This document shows, in pieces, positions 25,416 through 39,460 of a stretch of DNA of 64,000 nucleotides (position 1 is the stretch's first letter; every line of letters begins with the position of its first letter). The stretch lies in assembly GCF_009914755.1 (NCBI RefSeq), contig NC_060928.1; one strand, given 5' to 3'. Position numbers and translations under genes: made by a program. The notes beneath the pieces are model-generated. The model made no database searches and was not told the DNA's origin. It was given only the letters and a program-made list of their open reading frames with translations. The stretch comes from the human T2T-CHM13v2.0 reference genome, Homo sapiens.

Positions 25416-26813
25416 CATGGTTAACCTTCTACCCGCTAAGAACATTCTGTTCCATTTCAAATCCCATACAGGAAAATGCCTGGAGAAAACAAATAATGTT
25501 CTATATTACTGTAACATACTTTATCAAATTTAAAAAGTCCTTTTAGCCAGTGGTTCTCAGATGCAGTCCTGGTTCTCACATGGACATATCATCACTAACT
25601 CTAGGTGGTGCATCTGTAAGTCTGTTACAAATCAAAAATGGAAATGTAGGGATTTTAGTTTTCCATCAAATTAGAACCAATTCAATGCCACCACTGTCAC
25701 TCACTTGCATTCATATTTGTTTTCTTGAACAAGAAAAAACAAGTGGAATGATGGTGCTAAAACTGTTTTCACAGACTACACTTTATTCTGTTTGGGCTGC
25801 ATCTTGAGAAGTGTCTTAGGTATGGCTGACATCTGCATTAAACTGTTTCATCTTTCCAATATGCAGGGGAGAGCCTGCTTGCACACATGAGCAAACACTG
25901 TACTATGAGAAGTGACCATTTCAGGAAGGGCTGTATTTGCGGTACTGCCCACTCAGGACACACGTGTTCCTTGCAGGTGCCCACCACCAACTTTGGTGGC
26001 CATGGTATCAACCCATCCACCAGCAACCTTTCATATTAAGTTACAGAACACATATCATGGGGGCCCAATTTAACTCAAGGATGGGGAAATGTTTTAAATT
26101 CTAGAGCTGCTCTGAGCCATATGAGACCAGTAACGTTGTGTAACCTTTCTTTACTGTTTCTATGTGTGTTCCACGCACAGCTGTTGCAAGGTATGATATT
26201 ATAGTTTGCCCAGACTCTGGCACCTGTTGTAGGCAATTTGAAATAAAAACAAGTTGGTGGGGAACATGATAAGATATCTGAGAGCACATTTCATTCACTC
26301 AGAATACCCCCGCAGACTATTCTATTTCAGCAAACTCTGTAACCATTCTTCTTTGTCATTATTTGCCAAGAGAGGGGGAAAATAACACATCTCTTTTTAT
26401 AGAAAACAAATCGGTGCTCTGTGGTCCAGAGGCTGCAGATACAGGCCTCTTTTGCTCCCTCTCTTCCAGGCTGTTCTCCCTTCTCTTGTTTGTGCTCATA
26501 TTTCCTCCACCCTTTCAATTTGTCACAGTTGCCTTTCCCAAAAGAGCTTTCATTTCCTCTTGTTTCTCTTTCTGCACTCCCTCCCCATTGCTTTTTATGA
26601 GAGGACATTGAGGCCCTGGCAGACCCAGGAAGGAAAACAAATTAATGCCACAGCCCCCTCAGGGATGGGCATGTCTGGCTCCATGAACAGAGGGGACTTG
26701 GCATGGGCATCCACCTAGTAACCCTTGAGACGCCCTGCTCAGGGGCTCACCCATGTCCCTCCCACCTCAAAATTGTCTCCTTGACTATGAGATTGCTTGG
26801 GACTGATTTGAGA

Positions 26814-26895
26814 AAGAGCTCGGAGGTCAGCGATATCTACTAGGACAGGAAAGGGAGATTTGGAAAAGGCAAGAAAATGTAACTGCACTGTGCAT
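26814..26895 (+). repeat. Copy 1 of 82-bp direct duplication
   Basis: Ungapped alignment to 27617-27698, 12 mismatches by hand count. Confidence 0.9.
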
Positions 26896-27164
26896 TGTTG
26901 ACCCCACTAGAGTCCTCCAGATTCATTCATTGATGCTCAGACTGCTTTTTGGTCTTTAGTTTCTGTTCTGAAAATGGAAGTGCTATACCTAAATTCTTTA
27001 CCAGCCAACATAGTTTTTGACAACCTGTTATGAGGCTGGGGATGGAGAGACTTGGCCCAGAGCATACAAAACCCAGAATGGGACTCTGAACAAAGAGATG
27101 TGAGGCAAGCCAACTGTGTCTAACTCAATGCTGCCTGAGGAATGGGTAGGTGGTCTGCTATGTA

Positions 27165-27390
27165 AAAAAGAGAACTGGGTTTACAGCTAGACATACCTGA
27201 GTTCAAATCTCAGCAGCTCTATGTAGTCTTAGGGAAGTCACTCTGTTTCCTAGAGCTTCAATTTTCTCATCTGTAGAATATGGATCGCAACAACTTCCAG
27301 GGGTATGGTGTGTATTCAAATAGATAAGGTATATAAAGTGCTTAGTGAAGTGCCTGACTATGAAATAGCCCCTCAATCAAGTACAGCAAG
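27165..27390 (+). mobile_element. MIR SINE
   Basis: agacatacctgagttcaaatctcagc...ttttctcatctgtagaat...taaagtgcttagtgaagtgcctgac. Confidence 0.75.
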
Positions 27391-27469
27391 TATTTTCAAT
27401 ACATATAATACTGTTGGAATCATAGCCAAATAGTCATAGTTGAATCTCCATTGAGAAGGGTCAGTCTCT

Positions 27470-27577
27470 TTTCTACTTGTTTCTCCTTCTCCTTCTTTTC
27501 CTTCTCCTGCTCATTTTCTTCTTCTCCTTCTTCTCCTTCTTCTCCTTCTTCTTCTTCTCCTTCTTCTTCTTCTTTTT
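27470..27577. repeat. (CTT)n/(CCTT)-type pyrimidine low-complexity tract
   Basis: Directly visible. Confidence 0.9.
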
Positions 27578-27616
27578 AACAGCTTCATTTATGTAAAATT
27601 GAGTGATTTTAGCTGT

Positions 27617-27698
27617 AAGAGCTTGGAGATCGGCAATATCTACCAGGATAGCAAAGGGAGATTTGGAAAGGGCAAGGAAATGCAACTGCACTCTGTAT
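27617..27698 (+). repeat. Copy 2 of 82-bp direct duplication
   Basis: Ungapped alignment to 26814-26895. Confidence 0.9.
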
Positions 27699-28308
27699 CA
27701 GTTTGTAAGCCTTAGCCCTAACCTCTAAGCAGATCAACTCCGGAGAGCATGATGAAGCAGGATGCTTCAGGAGGATCGGCTGCATCATGACCACAAATGC
27801 CACAGTGCCATCTGTTCATGCAAGATGCAGACAGGCAAAGACTTGAAGGAGGAAAGAGGGACTTTGGGACCTCACCTCCAGCAGCCCTCCAGCTCTGGGG
27901 CCAACACAGGCAGGGACAACCCCTGCCCCTGCAAGTTGTCCATAGAAATGGCCCCTCCCTGCTCTGATTTCCCTTTTATGCTTCTCTTCCACAGGGGGAT
28001 TTGTTCTTCCTGTGCTGCATTCTCCCCAAGGGAGCCAGTTTTCCTCCAGCCACCTGAACTCTTGCTCATCTCCACATGCCAATTGCCACTCATTGACAAT
28101 ACTCCCAGCGCACACAGGAGAAAGGGCAGCTAGAGGTAGCACAGCACAGGCACAGAGACAGGCCCCTGCCACCCACGCTGGCTCACGGGCTGGAATAGAA
28201 ATAACCAAGAACTCGAGTGGGACCCAGAAAACCAGAAAAGTCACATTTTACATCTTGGTCAGCCTGTGCCTCTGGAAGTCTCATTATGTCCAAGTGTCTG
28301 GTAAATAG

Positions 28309-29589
<1,281 letters not shown>

Positions 29590-29696
29590 AAAAATAGCTG
29601 TAAAGTGATCAAGAAAAATTACTCTGGAGAAAGATGATTCGTATTCCCATGTTGAAGATTTCAGCTGAGAAGGAATCAATGTCTGTTCTTCCTCGT

Positions 29697-30105
29697 TTAT
29701 TTTTGTTACAGCTTTATTTGCATAGAATGGAGGCATGATAAATTGCACATATTTAAAGTGTAAATTTGACGAGACTTGACATAGGTAGACACTGGTGAAA
29801 CTTTCACTGCAATCAGGATTATGAATGTCTCCATCCTTGCTAATATTTCCTCATACTCCCTTGTAATTTGTCCTTCCTTCCCATCAGCCCTAGGCAACCA
29901 CCGATGTTTTGTTTTGTTTTGTTTTTGCCATTATAGGTTAGTTTTTAGTTTATGAAATTTTATTAAAATGGAATTATATACTATATAGTCTCATTTGGGA
30001 GGTCTGGCTTCTTTTACTCAACAAAATTCTTTTGAAATTCACCCATGTATTTTCACACATCAATACAATTGTGTATTTTTGTCATACATTGTTGTTGTTG
30101 AGTAA
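29697..30105 (-). mobile_element. L1ME-type 3' end fragment
   Basis: acagctttatt...aaattgcacatatttaaagtgtaaatttga...ccctaggcaaccac...tctggcttcttttactcaac. Confidence 0.75.
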
Positions 30106-30226
30106 AACTTACGGGACAGTTATAACACATTAAAAAAAATTCCAAATGTCTGTTTCTTTCTAAATATTGTTCCCACCCACTTTTTGGGAATGAGATGGTA
30201 GACACTTGGTCTTTAAGAGTTCCTCA

Positions 30227-32808
30227 AGCTGGTATCATTCCTTCCAAAACTATTCCAATCAATAGAAAAAGAGGGAATCCTCCCTAACTCATTTTATGAG
30301 GCCGGCATCATGCTGATACCAAAGCCTGGCAGAGACACAACAAAAAGAGAGAATTTTAGACCAATATCCCTGATGAACATCAATGCAAAAATTCTCAATA
30401 AAATACTGGCAAATCTAATCCAGCAACACATCAAAAAGCTTATCCACCACGATCATGTCAGCTTCATCCCTGGGATGCAAGGCTGGTTCAACATATGCAA
30501 ATCAATAAACAGAATCCATCGCATAAACAGAACCAATGACAAAAATCACATGATTATCTCAATAGATGCAGAAAAGGCCTTTAACAAAATTCAACAGCCC
30601 TTCATGCTAAAAACTCTCAATAAACTCGGTATTGATGGAACATATCTCAAAATAATAAGAGCTATTTATGATAAACCAACAGCCAATATCATACTAAATG
30701 GGCAAAAACTGGAAGCATTCCCTTTGAAAACTGGCACAAGACAAGGATTATCTCTCTCACCAATCCTATTCAACATAGTGTTGGAAGTTCTGGCCAGGGC
30801 AATCAGGCAAGAGAAAGAAATAAAGGGCATTCACTTAGGAAAAGAGGAAGTCAAATTGTCCCTGTTTGCAGATGACATGGTTGTATATTTAGAAAACCCC
30901 ATCACCTCAGCCCCAAATCTCATTAAGCTGATAAGCAACTTCAGCAAAGTCTCAGTATACAAAATCAGTGTGCAAAAATCACAAGCATTCCTATACACCA
31001 ATAACAGACAAACAGAGAGCCAAATCATAAGTGAACTCCCGTTCACAATTGCTACAAAGAAAATAAAGTACCTAGAAATCCAACTTACAAGTGATGTGAA
31101 GGACCTCTTCAAGGAGAACTACAAACCACTGCTCCACGAAATGAAAGAGGACACAAACGAATGGAAGAACATTCCCTGCTCATGGATAGGAAGAATCAAT
31201 ATCAAGAAAATGGCCATACTGCCCAAGGTAATTTATAGATTCAACACCATCCCCAACAAGCTACCAATGACTTTCTTCACAGAAATGGAAAAAACTACTT
31301 TAAAGTTCATATGGAACCAAAAAAGAGCCCGCATTGCCAAGTCAATCCTAAGCAAAAGGAACAAAGCTGGAGGTATCACACTACCTGACTTCAAACTCTA
31401 CTACAAGGCGACAGTAACCAAAACATCATGGTACTGATACCAAAACAGATATATAGACCGATGGAACAGAACAGAGGCCTCAGAAATAATACCACACATC
31501 TAAAACCATCTGATCTTTGACAAACCTGACAAAAACAAGAAATGGGGAAAGGATTCCCTATTTAATTAATGGTGCTGGGAAAACCGGCTAACCATATGTA
31601 GAAAGTTGAAACTGGATCCCTTCCTTACACCTTATACAAAAATTAATTCAAGATGGATTAAAGACTCAAATGTTAGACCTAAAACCATAAAAACACTAGA
31701 AGAAAACCTAGGCAATACCATTCAGGACATAGGCATGGGCAAGGACTTCATGACTAAAACACTAAAAGCAATGGCAAGAAAAGCCAAAATAGACAAATGG
31801 GGTCTAATTAAACTAAAGAGCTTCCGCACAGCAAAAGAAACTACCATCAGAGTGAACAGGCAACCTACAGAATGGGAGAAAATTTTTGCAATCTACCCAC
31901 CTGACAAAGGGCTAATATCCAGAATCTATAAATAACTCAAACAAGTTTAGAAGAAAAAAACAAACAACCCCATCAAAAAGCAGGCAAAGGATATGAACGG
32001 ACACTTCTCAAAAGAAGACAATTATGCAGCCAACAGACACATGAAAAAATGCTCATCATCACTGGCCACCAGAGAAATGCAAATCAAAACCACAATGAGA
32101 TACCATCTCACACCAGTTAGAATGGCAATCTTTAAAAAGTCAGGAAACAATAGATGCTGGAGAGGATGTGGAGAAATAGGAACACTTTTACACTGTTGGT
32201 GGGACTGTAAACTAGTTCAACCATTGTGGAAGACAGTGTGGCGATCCCTCAAGGATCTAGAACTAGAAATACCACTTGACCCAGCCATCCCATTACTGGG
32301 TATATACCCAAAGGATTATAAATCATGCTACTGTAAAGACACATGCACACGTATATTTATTGCAGCACTATTCACAATAGCAAAGACTTGGAACCAACCC
32401 AAAAGTCCATCAATGATAGACTGGATTAAGAAAATGTGGCACATATATACCATGGAATACTATGCAGTCATAAGAAAGGATGAGTTCATGTCCTTTGCAG
32501 GGACATAAATGAAGCTGGAAACCATCATTCCCGGCAAACTATCACAAGGACAGAAAACCAAACACTGCATGTTCTCACCCATAGGTGGGAATTGAACAAT
32601 GAGATCACTTGGACACAGGGCAGGGAACATCACTCACTGGGGCCTGTCAGGGGGTGAGGGGCTGGGAGAGGGATAGCATTAGGAGAAATACCTAATGTAA
32701 ATGACAAGTTGATGGCTGCAGCAAACCAACATGGCACATGTATGCCTATGTATCAAACCTGCACATTGTGCACATGTACCCTAGAACTTAAAGTATAAAA
32801 AAAAAAAA
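30227..32808 (+). mobile_element. 5'-truncated L1PA (L1PA5/6-like) with a 375-aa open RT segment
   Basis: ORF 30310-31437 has RT motifs including LFADD; later ORF2 pieces have stops; poly-A tail; TSD aagagttcctca at 30215-30226 and 32809-32820. Confidence 0.95.
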
Positions 32809-32819
32809 AAGAGTTCCTC

Positions 32820-32974
32820 AGCCCACAGCAGTCGCTCAGACCTGTAGTTCCAAGCTACTTGGGAGGCTAAAGCAGGAGGACTATGTGAGCCCAGAACTTC
32901 GAGGCTGCAATGAGCTATGACTGCACTGCTGTACTCCAGCCTGGATGACAGTGAGACCCTGTCTCAAAAAAAAA
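32820..32974 (+). mobile_element. Old Alu monomer (FRAM/FAM-like)
   Basis: cctgtagttccaagctacttgggaggct...gagcccagaacttcgaggctgcaatgagctatga...ctccagcctgg...gagaccctgtctc plus A tail. Confidence 0.85.
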
Positions 32975-33363
32975 GAGAAAGTCCTTTAGTCTTTTACACA
33001 TGAAATGATTCCCTTTCATGTGTTTCATGTGTTTTATTTTAGTGGCAAAGAAGTGAGCTTCTTGTATTCATCCAGAATTTGTCAGCAGCTGAACCACAAG
33101 TCAGGTTTCCAGTGAGTGGAGCAAGGAGTGGGGACACATAGGGAGTTTATGTAGAGAAAAGGAATGGAGCATATGTCAGCCTAGAAATCTTGGAAATGGC
33201 AGAAGTGGTCAGATGGAGATGATGCTAATCAAACATTTTCTGAAAAAAAAGTTAAATTTCTGAGAGTTTTTCATGTGTGGCTTTCAAAAAATATTTCTTA
33301 AAATTCACTATTCATGAAATTCAAGGATTTTAATTTTATCCTCCCACTATTCAGTAATAGTTT

Positions 33364-36193
33364 TGTTGCAGTTCTGAAAAATCACGCTCCAAAGTATGGC
33401 ACTTTGGCATGCTGAGTACTTTGAACTGAAGGAGGTTGGAAGGCTTCCGAAGCAACCTCAGAAGCAAAGTCACCCTAACCTTCTCCTGCCTTTCTGTGTA
33501 GGAGCTGTCCTTAAAGAAGTTCTCTGACCTACTTTGACTGACAGTTGGCCATAAGACTCTCATTCCTAAGGGGTCCTGCCCTATACCAGGGAAGGAAAAG
33601 TGCTACACAGAGAGGCCAAGAAGAATCTGGATAGGCCTTGCTAGGTTTCCCCCCAAACTCTCTTACCATTAAATCCTACCTGTATTAATTTGTTTTCATG
33701 CTGCTGATAAACACCTACCCAAACTGGGAATAAAAAGAGGTTTAATTTGACTTACAGTTCCTCATGGCTGGGGAGGCTTCAGAATCATGGCAGCAGGTGA
33801 ATGACACTTCTTACATGGCAGTGGCAAGAGAAAAATGAGGAGGAAGTGAAAGCAGAAATACCTGATAAACCCATCAGATCTCATGAGACTTATTCACTAT
33901 CATGAGAATAGCACAGAAAAGGTTGGCCCCCATGATTCAATTACCTCCTGCTAGGTCCCTCCCACAACATGTGGGAATTCTGGAAGATACAATTGAAGTT
34001 GAGATTTGGGTGGGTAGACAGCCAAACCATATCATTCCACCCCTGACTCCTCCAAATCTCATGTTCTCATATTTCAAAACCAATCATGCCTTCCCAAAAG
34101 TCCCCCAAAGTCTTAACTCATTTCAGCATTAACCCAAAAGTCCACAGTCTAAATTCTCATCTGAGACAAGGCAAGTCCCTTCCGCCTATGAGCCTGTAAA
34201 ATCAAAAGCAAGCTAGTTACTTCCTAGTCACAATGGGCATACAGGTATTGGGTAAATACAGCCATTCCAAATGGGAGAAATTGACCAAAACAAAGGGATT
34301 ATAGGGCTCATGGAAGTCCAAAATCCAGTGGGGTAGTGAAATTTTAAAGCTCCAAAATGACCTCCTTTGACTCCAGCTTTCACATCCAGGTCATGCTGAT
34401 GCAAGAGGTGGGTTCCCATGGTCTTGGACAGCTCCACCCCTGTGGCTTTGCAGGGTACAGCCTCCCTCCTGGCTCCTTTCACAGGCTGGTGTTGAGTGTC
34501 TGTAGCTTTTCCAGGTGCACGGTGCAAGCTGTCAGTGGATCTACCATTCTGGGGTCTGGAGGAAGGTAGCCCTCTTCTCACAGCTCCACTGGGCAGTGCC
34601 ACAGTAGGGACTCTGTGTGGGGCTCCAAACCCACATTTTCCTTCTGCACTGCCCTAGCAGAGGTTCTCCATGAGGGCCCCGCCCCTGCAGCAAACTTCTG
34701 CCTGGGCATCCAGGTATTTCCAGACATCTTTTGAAATCTAGATGGAGATTCCCAAACCTCAAGTCTTGACTTCTCTGCACCCACAGGCTTGACACCATGT
34801 GGAAGCTGCCAAGGCTTGGGGCCTCCACCCTCTGAAACCACAGCCCAAGCTCTATATTGACTCCTTTCAGCCACAGCTGGAGCAGCTGGGACATGGGGCA
34901 CTAAGTCCCTAGGTTGCACACAGCATGAGGAGCCTGGGCCTGGCCCATGAAACCACTTTTTCCTCCTGGGCCTCCAGGCCTGTGATGGGAGGTGCTGCCA
35001 TAAAGATCTCTGACATGCCCTGAAGACATTTTCCCCATGGCCTTCGGGATTAACATTAGGCTTTTTGCTACTTATGCAAATTTCTGCAGCCAGCTTGAAT
35101 TTTTCCTCAAAAAACTGGGTTTTTCTTTTCTACTGCATCATCAGGCTGCAAATTTTCTGAACTTCTATGCTCTCTTTCCCTTTTAAAACAGAATGCTATT
35201 AACAGCACCCAAGTAATCTTTTGAATGCTTTGCTGCTTAGAAATTTCTTTTGCCAGATACCCTAAATCATCTCTCTCAAGTTCAAAGTTCCACAAATCTC
35301 TAGGGTAGGGGCAAAATGCGACCAGTCTTTTTGCTAAAATGTAACAAGAGTCACCTTTGCTCCAGTTCCCAACAAGTTTCTCATCTCCATCTGAGGCCAT
35401 CTCCACCTGGACTTTATTATTCATATCACTATTAGCATTTTTGTCAAAGCCATTCAACGAGTCCCTAGGAGGTTCCAAACTTTCCCAAATGTTCTTGTCT
35501 TCTTCTGAGCCTTCCAAACTGTTCCAACCTGTGCTCCAAAGTCATTTCCACATTTTCAGGTATCTTTTCAGCAACACCCCACTCCTGGTACCAATGTATT
35601 GTATTAGTTTGTTTTCACACTGCTGATAAAGACATACCTGAAACTGAGAACAAAAAGAGGTTTAATTGAACTTATGGTTCCACATGACTGGGGAAGCTTC
35701 AGAATCATGGTGGGAGGTGAAAGCCACTTCTTACATGATGGCAGCAAGAGAAAAATGAGGAGGAAGCAAAAGCAGAAACCCCTGATAAACCCATCAGGTC
35801 TTATGAGACTTATTCACTATCACGAGAATAGCACAGGAAATACCAGCCCCCATGATTCAATTACCTCCCCCTGGGTCCCTCCTACAACACATGGGAATTC
35901 TGGGAGATACACTTCAAGTTGAGATTTGGGTGGGGACACAGCCAATCCATATTGCTACCCTTTTTGTCCAGTCTTCTTTCCTATCCATTTTTCATTAAAT
36001 TTAAGCCTAAAAATGGACAGATTTCCCTGGGTCTTTGGATCTTCACTTCTGAAGCCTCCCATGTCAGAGAAAACCTTGATTAAAATAAATTGGTTATACT
36101 TTTCCTTTATTAACCTGTCTTTTGTTATGGGAGCATTGGCCGTGACCATAATGATGGGTAAGGATAGGTATTAACACCTTCCAGCCTCTTGCA
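33364..36193 (+). mobile_element. MER31-like ERV1 solo LTR (33364-33680 and 35960-36193) split by THE1A
   Basis: ccaaagtatggcactttggcatgctgag motif; TG...CA ends; 4-bp TSD gttt at 33360-33363 and 36194-36197. Confidence 0.8.
33681..35954 (-). mobile_element. Complete THE1A MaLR provirus (LTR 33681-34034, internal 34035-35599, LTR 35600-35954)
   Basis: Two homologous LTRs of about 355 bp; internal MaLR ORF remnant 35107-35517 (GNWSKGDSCY.LAKRL.AFCP.PRDLWNFELERDDLGYLA.EISKQQSIQ); 5-bp TSD ctacc at 33676-33680 and 35955-35959. Confidence 0.95.
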
Positions 36194-37094
36194 GTTTCCA
36201 TTAGTCTTTCTGCAAAACATTAGAATTTGTTTTTCTTAGAAGACAATGCAATAGAATGAATACAGTAAACAATAGTATAATTTGAGAATTCAAATATCTT
36301 CTGGTCTAGTGTAGACATCATAGTACGTACTTTTCACTGTTTTCTTCATTTAACCATGAACATTTTCTTTAAATCAAAATCAGCTCCACACTGTTCCTCT
36401 CCTAGCTTTGGTTGTATAGGAATATTTTCTCTCCAGCTGACATGGACTTGCTTTATTCCTTTTTTCTGCAGACAAAAAATGTCAGTAGGCAGATCTTCAA
36501 TGGAAGCCTGGTTATTTATGACTGTTCTTTTGTGATGAAAGGTGAATGGTCAGGTTGAGTTGTAAGAGAGGAAGGGAGAATTAGGAAATCACTACAGCAG
36601 TCAATGCTGGTAAGTTCAGGATTAGGACGAACAAGTAGGGAGTGAAAGAATAGGGAGGGAAGTTAAGAAAAGACTCAGGTGAAAGAGTTGAGAATCTTTC
36701 TGTCTACAGCACTGTCTTCCTCAGCCAGGAAACCAGTGACAGAAGAGCCAGCTGTTGAGAGGGAATCACCCAAGCTAGACAACTGGGAGCCACTTCAGTC
36801 TTCTTTCCTCTCAATTTAATTAGAAACTAAGACCTGTTGATTGCATTTCCTTAGCCTCTCTTTTGCCCTTTCCTCTCTTCTACTCCCACTGCTTTGGTTT
36901 AATGCCCATCACCTGTCAATCCACTGTGTTCCACCAGAGAGCCATTGCAAAGGTGCTCATCTGATCCCGCCTTGCAGGACAAAGTCCAAGTCCTAAACTT
37001 GGAGTCCCTGTAAGACCTGACCCCTGCTCACATCTGCAGCCTCATCCTCAGCGACATCAATTCCCCAGCCATGCCAAACCTCTTGCAGTTTCCT

Positions 37095-37255
37095 ATAATT
37101 GCAGAAATACCTAGAGTACTTTTTTGAAAAATAAATTCCCAGGCTCTACCTCAGGAGGTTCTGGTTCGGTGGATCCAGCGGGAGGCCCATGAATCTCTTC
37201 TTTTCAAGATGCTCCCAGGTGATTCAATGGTCATCCAGCCTGGAGATTACTTCCT
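37095..37255. mobile_element. MER5-like hAT DNA transposon
   Basis: aattcccaggctctacctcag...ggcccatgaatct...ctcccaggtgattc. Confidence 0.65.
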
Positions 37256-37555
37256 AGTTTGAGAATTAAATAGGTGAATATACATAACAATATTTTGTAA
37301 ACTGTCAGTTTCCACACAGATGGCAGCCAGTGCTAACAAGAAAGGAAATGCACTGAAGAGCAGGCGGATGGTGCCAAGGCTAACACAGGTGGGAATTCTC
37401 CCGTCCCAGAAAATCTGACCAGCAGTGAAAACAGCCCCACAGCCCAGCCCAGGAAAAGTTCATAATACTCCCAGAAGATTTTTCAACCAATTTTTAAACT
37501 AGCCACATTGTTTAATCAAATGATTCATATAAGGAAGCCAAATTCTCACAGACAC

Positions 37556-38049
37556 TGTTAGTAGAGTACCAGCAGCATTCCTCCTCTCTGTTCTTGCTGG
37601 CTGAGCCCAGATCCTGTTCAGGGTCTACATCTTCCATTCATGGTTCAGGAAAGGCCAATTATGGAAGGCCTTCTTGCCACAACTGGTTTAGACAGGGTTG
37701 GGACATGGCAGAGGAGGCCTGCACAGGAGCTTCTTGAAGAAATTAATCTTTCCTAGGAAGAGACATTTTGCCCTTTTCCCCCATTGGATATTTCCATGTC
37801 TGTGCAGGGTGCTTGGAACTATGGCAGCCCTCCTGCCACCTTGATAAGGGTTAGCACAAAGATCACACCCTGAGGAAGGCTAAACAGAAAACGGGAGGAA
37901 CCCAGGTCCTTGAGGATGTTTCTGAGCCATCAAATTAACCAACCCTGGAATTTCTTTTTAAGTGAGATAATAAATCCTCTTTTTGCTTAAGCCATTTTTA
38001 GTTGGGTGTCTGTACTTTGCAACAGCAATAATTCTTATACACTAATGTA
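37556..38049 (+). mobile_element. MLT1K/J-like MaLR LTR
   Basis: cttggaactatggcagcc...gaacccaggtccttgaggatg...gtgagataataaatcct...ttaagccattttagttggg. Confidence 0.75.
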
Positions 38050-38500
38050 TAAAACAGATTAAAATTGACAAATTATTATTAAATATTTATTTTATAGGCT
38101 TTAATTTGTAACTTTTATTATAAGAAGATAATGAAGAATTGCTGAGACACAAAACTTAAAATGGAGAGTTATGGATATAAATTGAAGTCATATCAGTCTT
38201 AGCATCCAATTTATTTTAGCATTTTGTTTTGAGTGTGTAATAGTGAGGGAAGTCTAATTTCCACAGATGAGTAGCTGCAAAAGGAGTACCAGTTTCGTTT
38301 TTTGTTTTTTTTTTTAATTTGCTTTGCAAACTCAAGACACTCTTCACTTAACAGTGATATCAGGAAAAGCTTTATTCCGATATCTGGGCTTATACACGCA
38401 AAATTAGGTTGGCAGGCACAAGTTAATGTGCTGATTGCTAAAGGTTGATATATAATATATTGTTTGTTTACATTAAAATATATGGTATTTTAAAATTTCA

Positions 38501-38652
38501 GCTGGGTGCAGTAGCTCACGCCTGTAATCCCAGCACTTTGGGAGGCTGAGGAGGGCTGAACCCAGGAGTCGGAGGTTGTAGTGAGTGGAGATTGTGCCAC
38601 TGCCCTCCAGCCTGGGCAACAAAGTGAGACTCTGTCTCAAAATAAAATAAAA
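38501..38652 (+). mobile_element. Monomeric Alu (left-arm start fused to right-arm end)
   Basis: Left-arm gcctgtaatcccagcactttgggagg joins right-arm gaacccagga...ggaggttg; TSD taaaatttca at 38491-38500 and 38653-38662. Confidence 0.9.
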
Positions 38653-39110
38653 TAAAATTTCAAATCAAGTGTTTGCAAAATACTCAAACGATCTCAAAAA
38701 TATCCACAGGGATCTTAGGTTCCTCAGAATACACTTTCGAACCCTCTGTCCTAGCTTGTGCTAATTATACGCGATTCATCTAAAATCCAAGTTTCAAATG
38801 TGGTAGACAAGATCCTTTCCTCCTTCTATAACTCCAGTTTCCAAGACTCAAAGCTGGACCCTGTTTAATGTCATTCAAGTCTGGCAATAGGACAAATATT
38901 TCTTTAGCTTCATAGAAAATACACTCAAAAGAGGTGGTGTTTCACAGCGGGGAAGGGCTGACTGTGGGTCCAGACCACGCTGATGGCCTCTTCTCACTTC
39001 CTCCTCCCCCAGGCTCCAAAGCACTCCTTGTGCCCATGCCCACCCCCAGCTGCAGAACAACCCTGAGAGAGACTGGCAATGCACGCTGAGGCCAGACAAG
39101 AGAAACCAGG

Positions 39111-39460
39111 TGTCTTGGTTCTGGCTGCTATAACAAAGTACCACAGACTGGATGACTTATAAACAACAGGAATTTATTTTTCACAATTCTAGAGTGTGGG
39201 TGTCCAGGATCAGGGTGCCAGCAGGGTCAGGTTCTGGTAGCTGCCAGCTTCTGGTTGTCTCTTCATGTGGTGGAGGGCAGAGAGAGGGAGCAAATCTCCT
39301 GGCTCCTAAAGGGCACTCATCCCATTCATGAGGGCTCCCTTTATGACCTCATCCAATTCCAGTTACCTCCCACAGGCCCCATCTCCCAATACCATCACCT
39401 CGGGCAGTAAGGTTTCAACATGTGAATGTTGAGGGGACACAGATGTTCAACCGGTAAAGA
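39111..39460 (-). mobile_element. MLT1A-like MaLR LTR
   Basis: ggctgctataacaaagtaccacagactgg...cccattcatgagggctcc...ttacctcccacaggccccatctcccaataccatcac. Confidence 0.88.

Larger units (their letters stand above)
37475..38750 (+). mobile_element. Possible hAT-Tip100 (MamRep38/MamTip-related) fossil hosting MLT1 and an Alu
   Basis: ggaagccaaat...[MLT1]...taaaacagattaaaa and the end ttaggttcctcagaatacactttcgaaccctctg resemble a recalled consensus; similar remnant at about 53460-53610. Confidence 0.35.

Noticed and set aside
27473-27691. Lys/Arg-rich ORF
   Set aside because: Antisense translation of the CTT tract
26814-27698. Duplicated coding exon (6 of 12 differences synonymous in one frame)
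   Set aside because: Too few sites to be meaningful, changes fit transition bias, and no clear splice sites
30310-31437. Domesticated reverse transcriptase gene
   Set aside because: Ordinary ORF2 segment of a truncated L1PA; an open stretch of this length is unsurprising at this age
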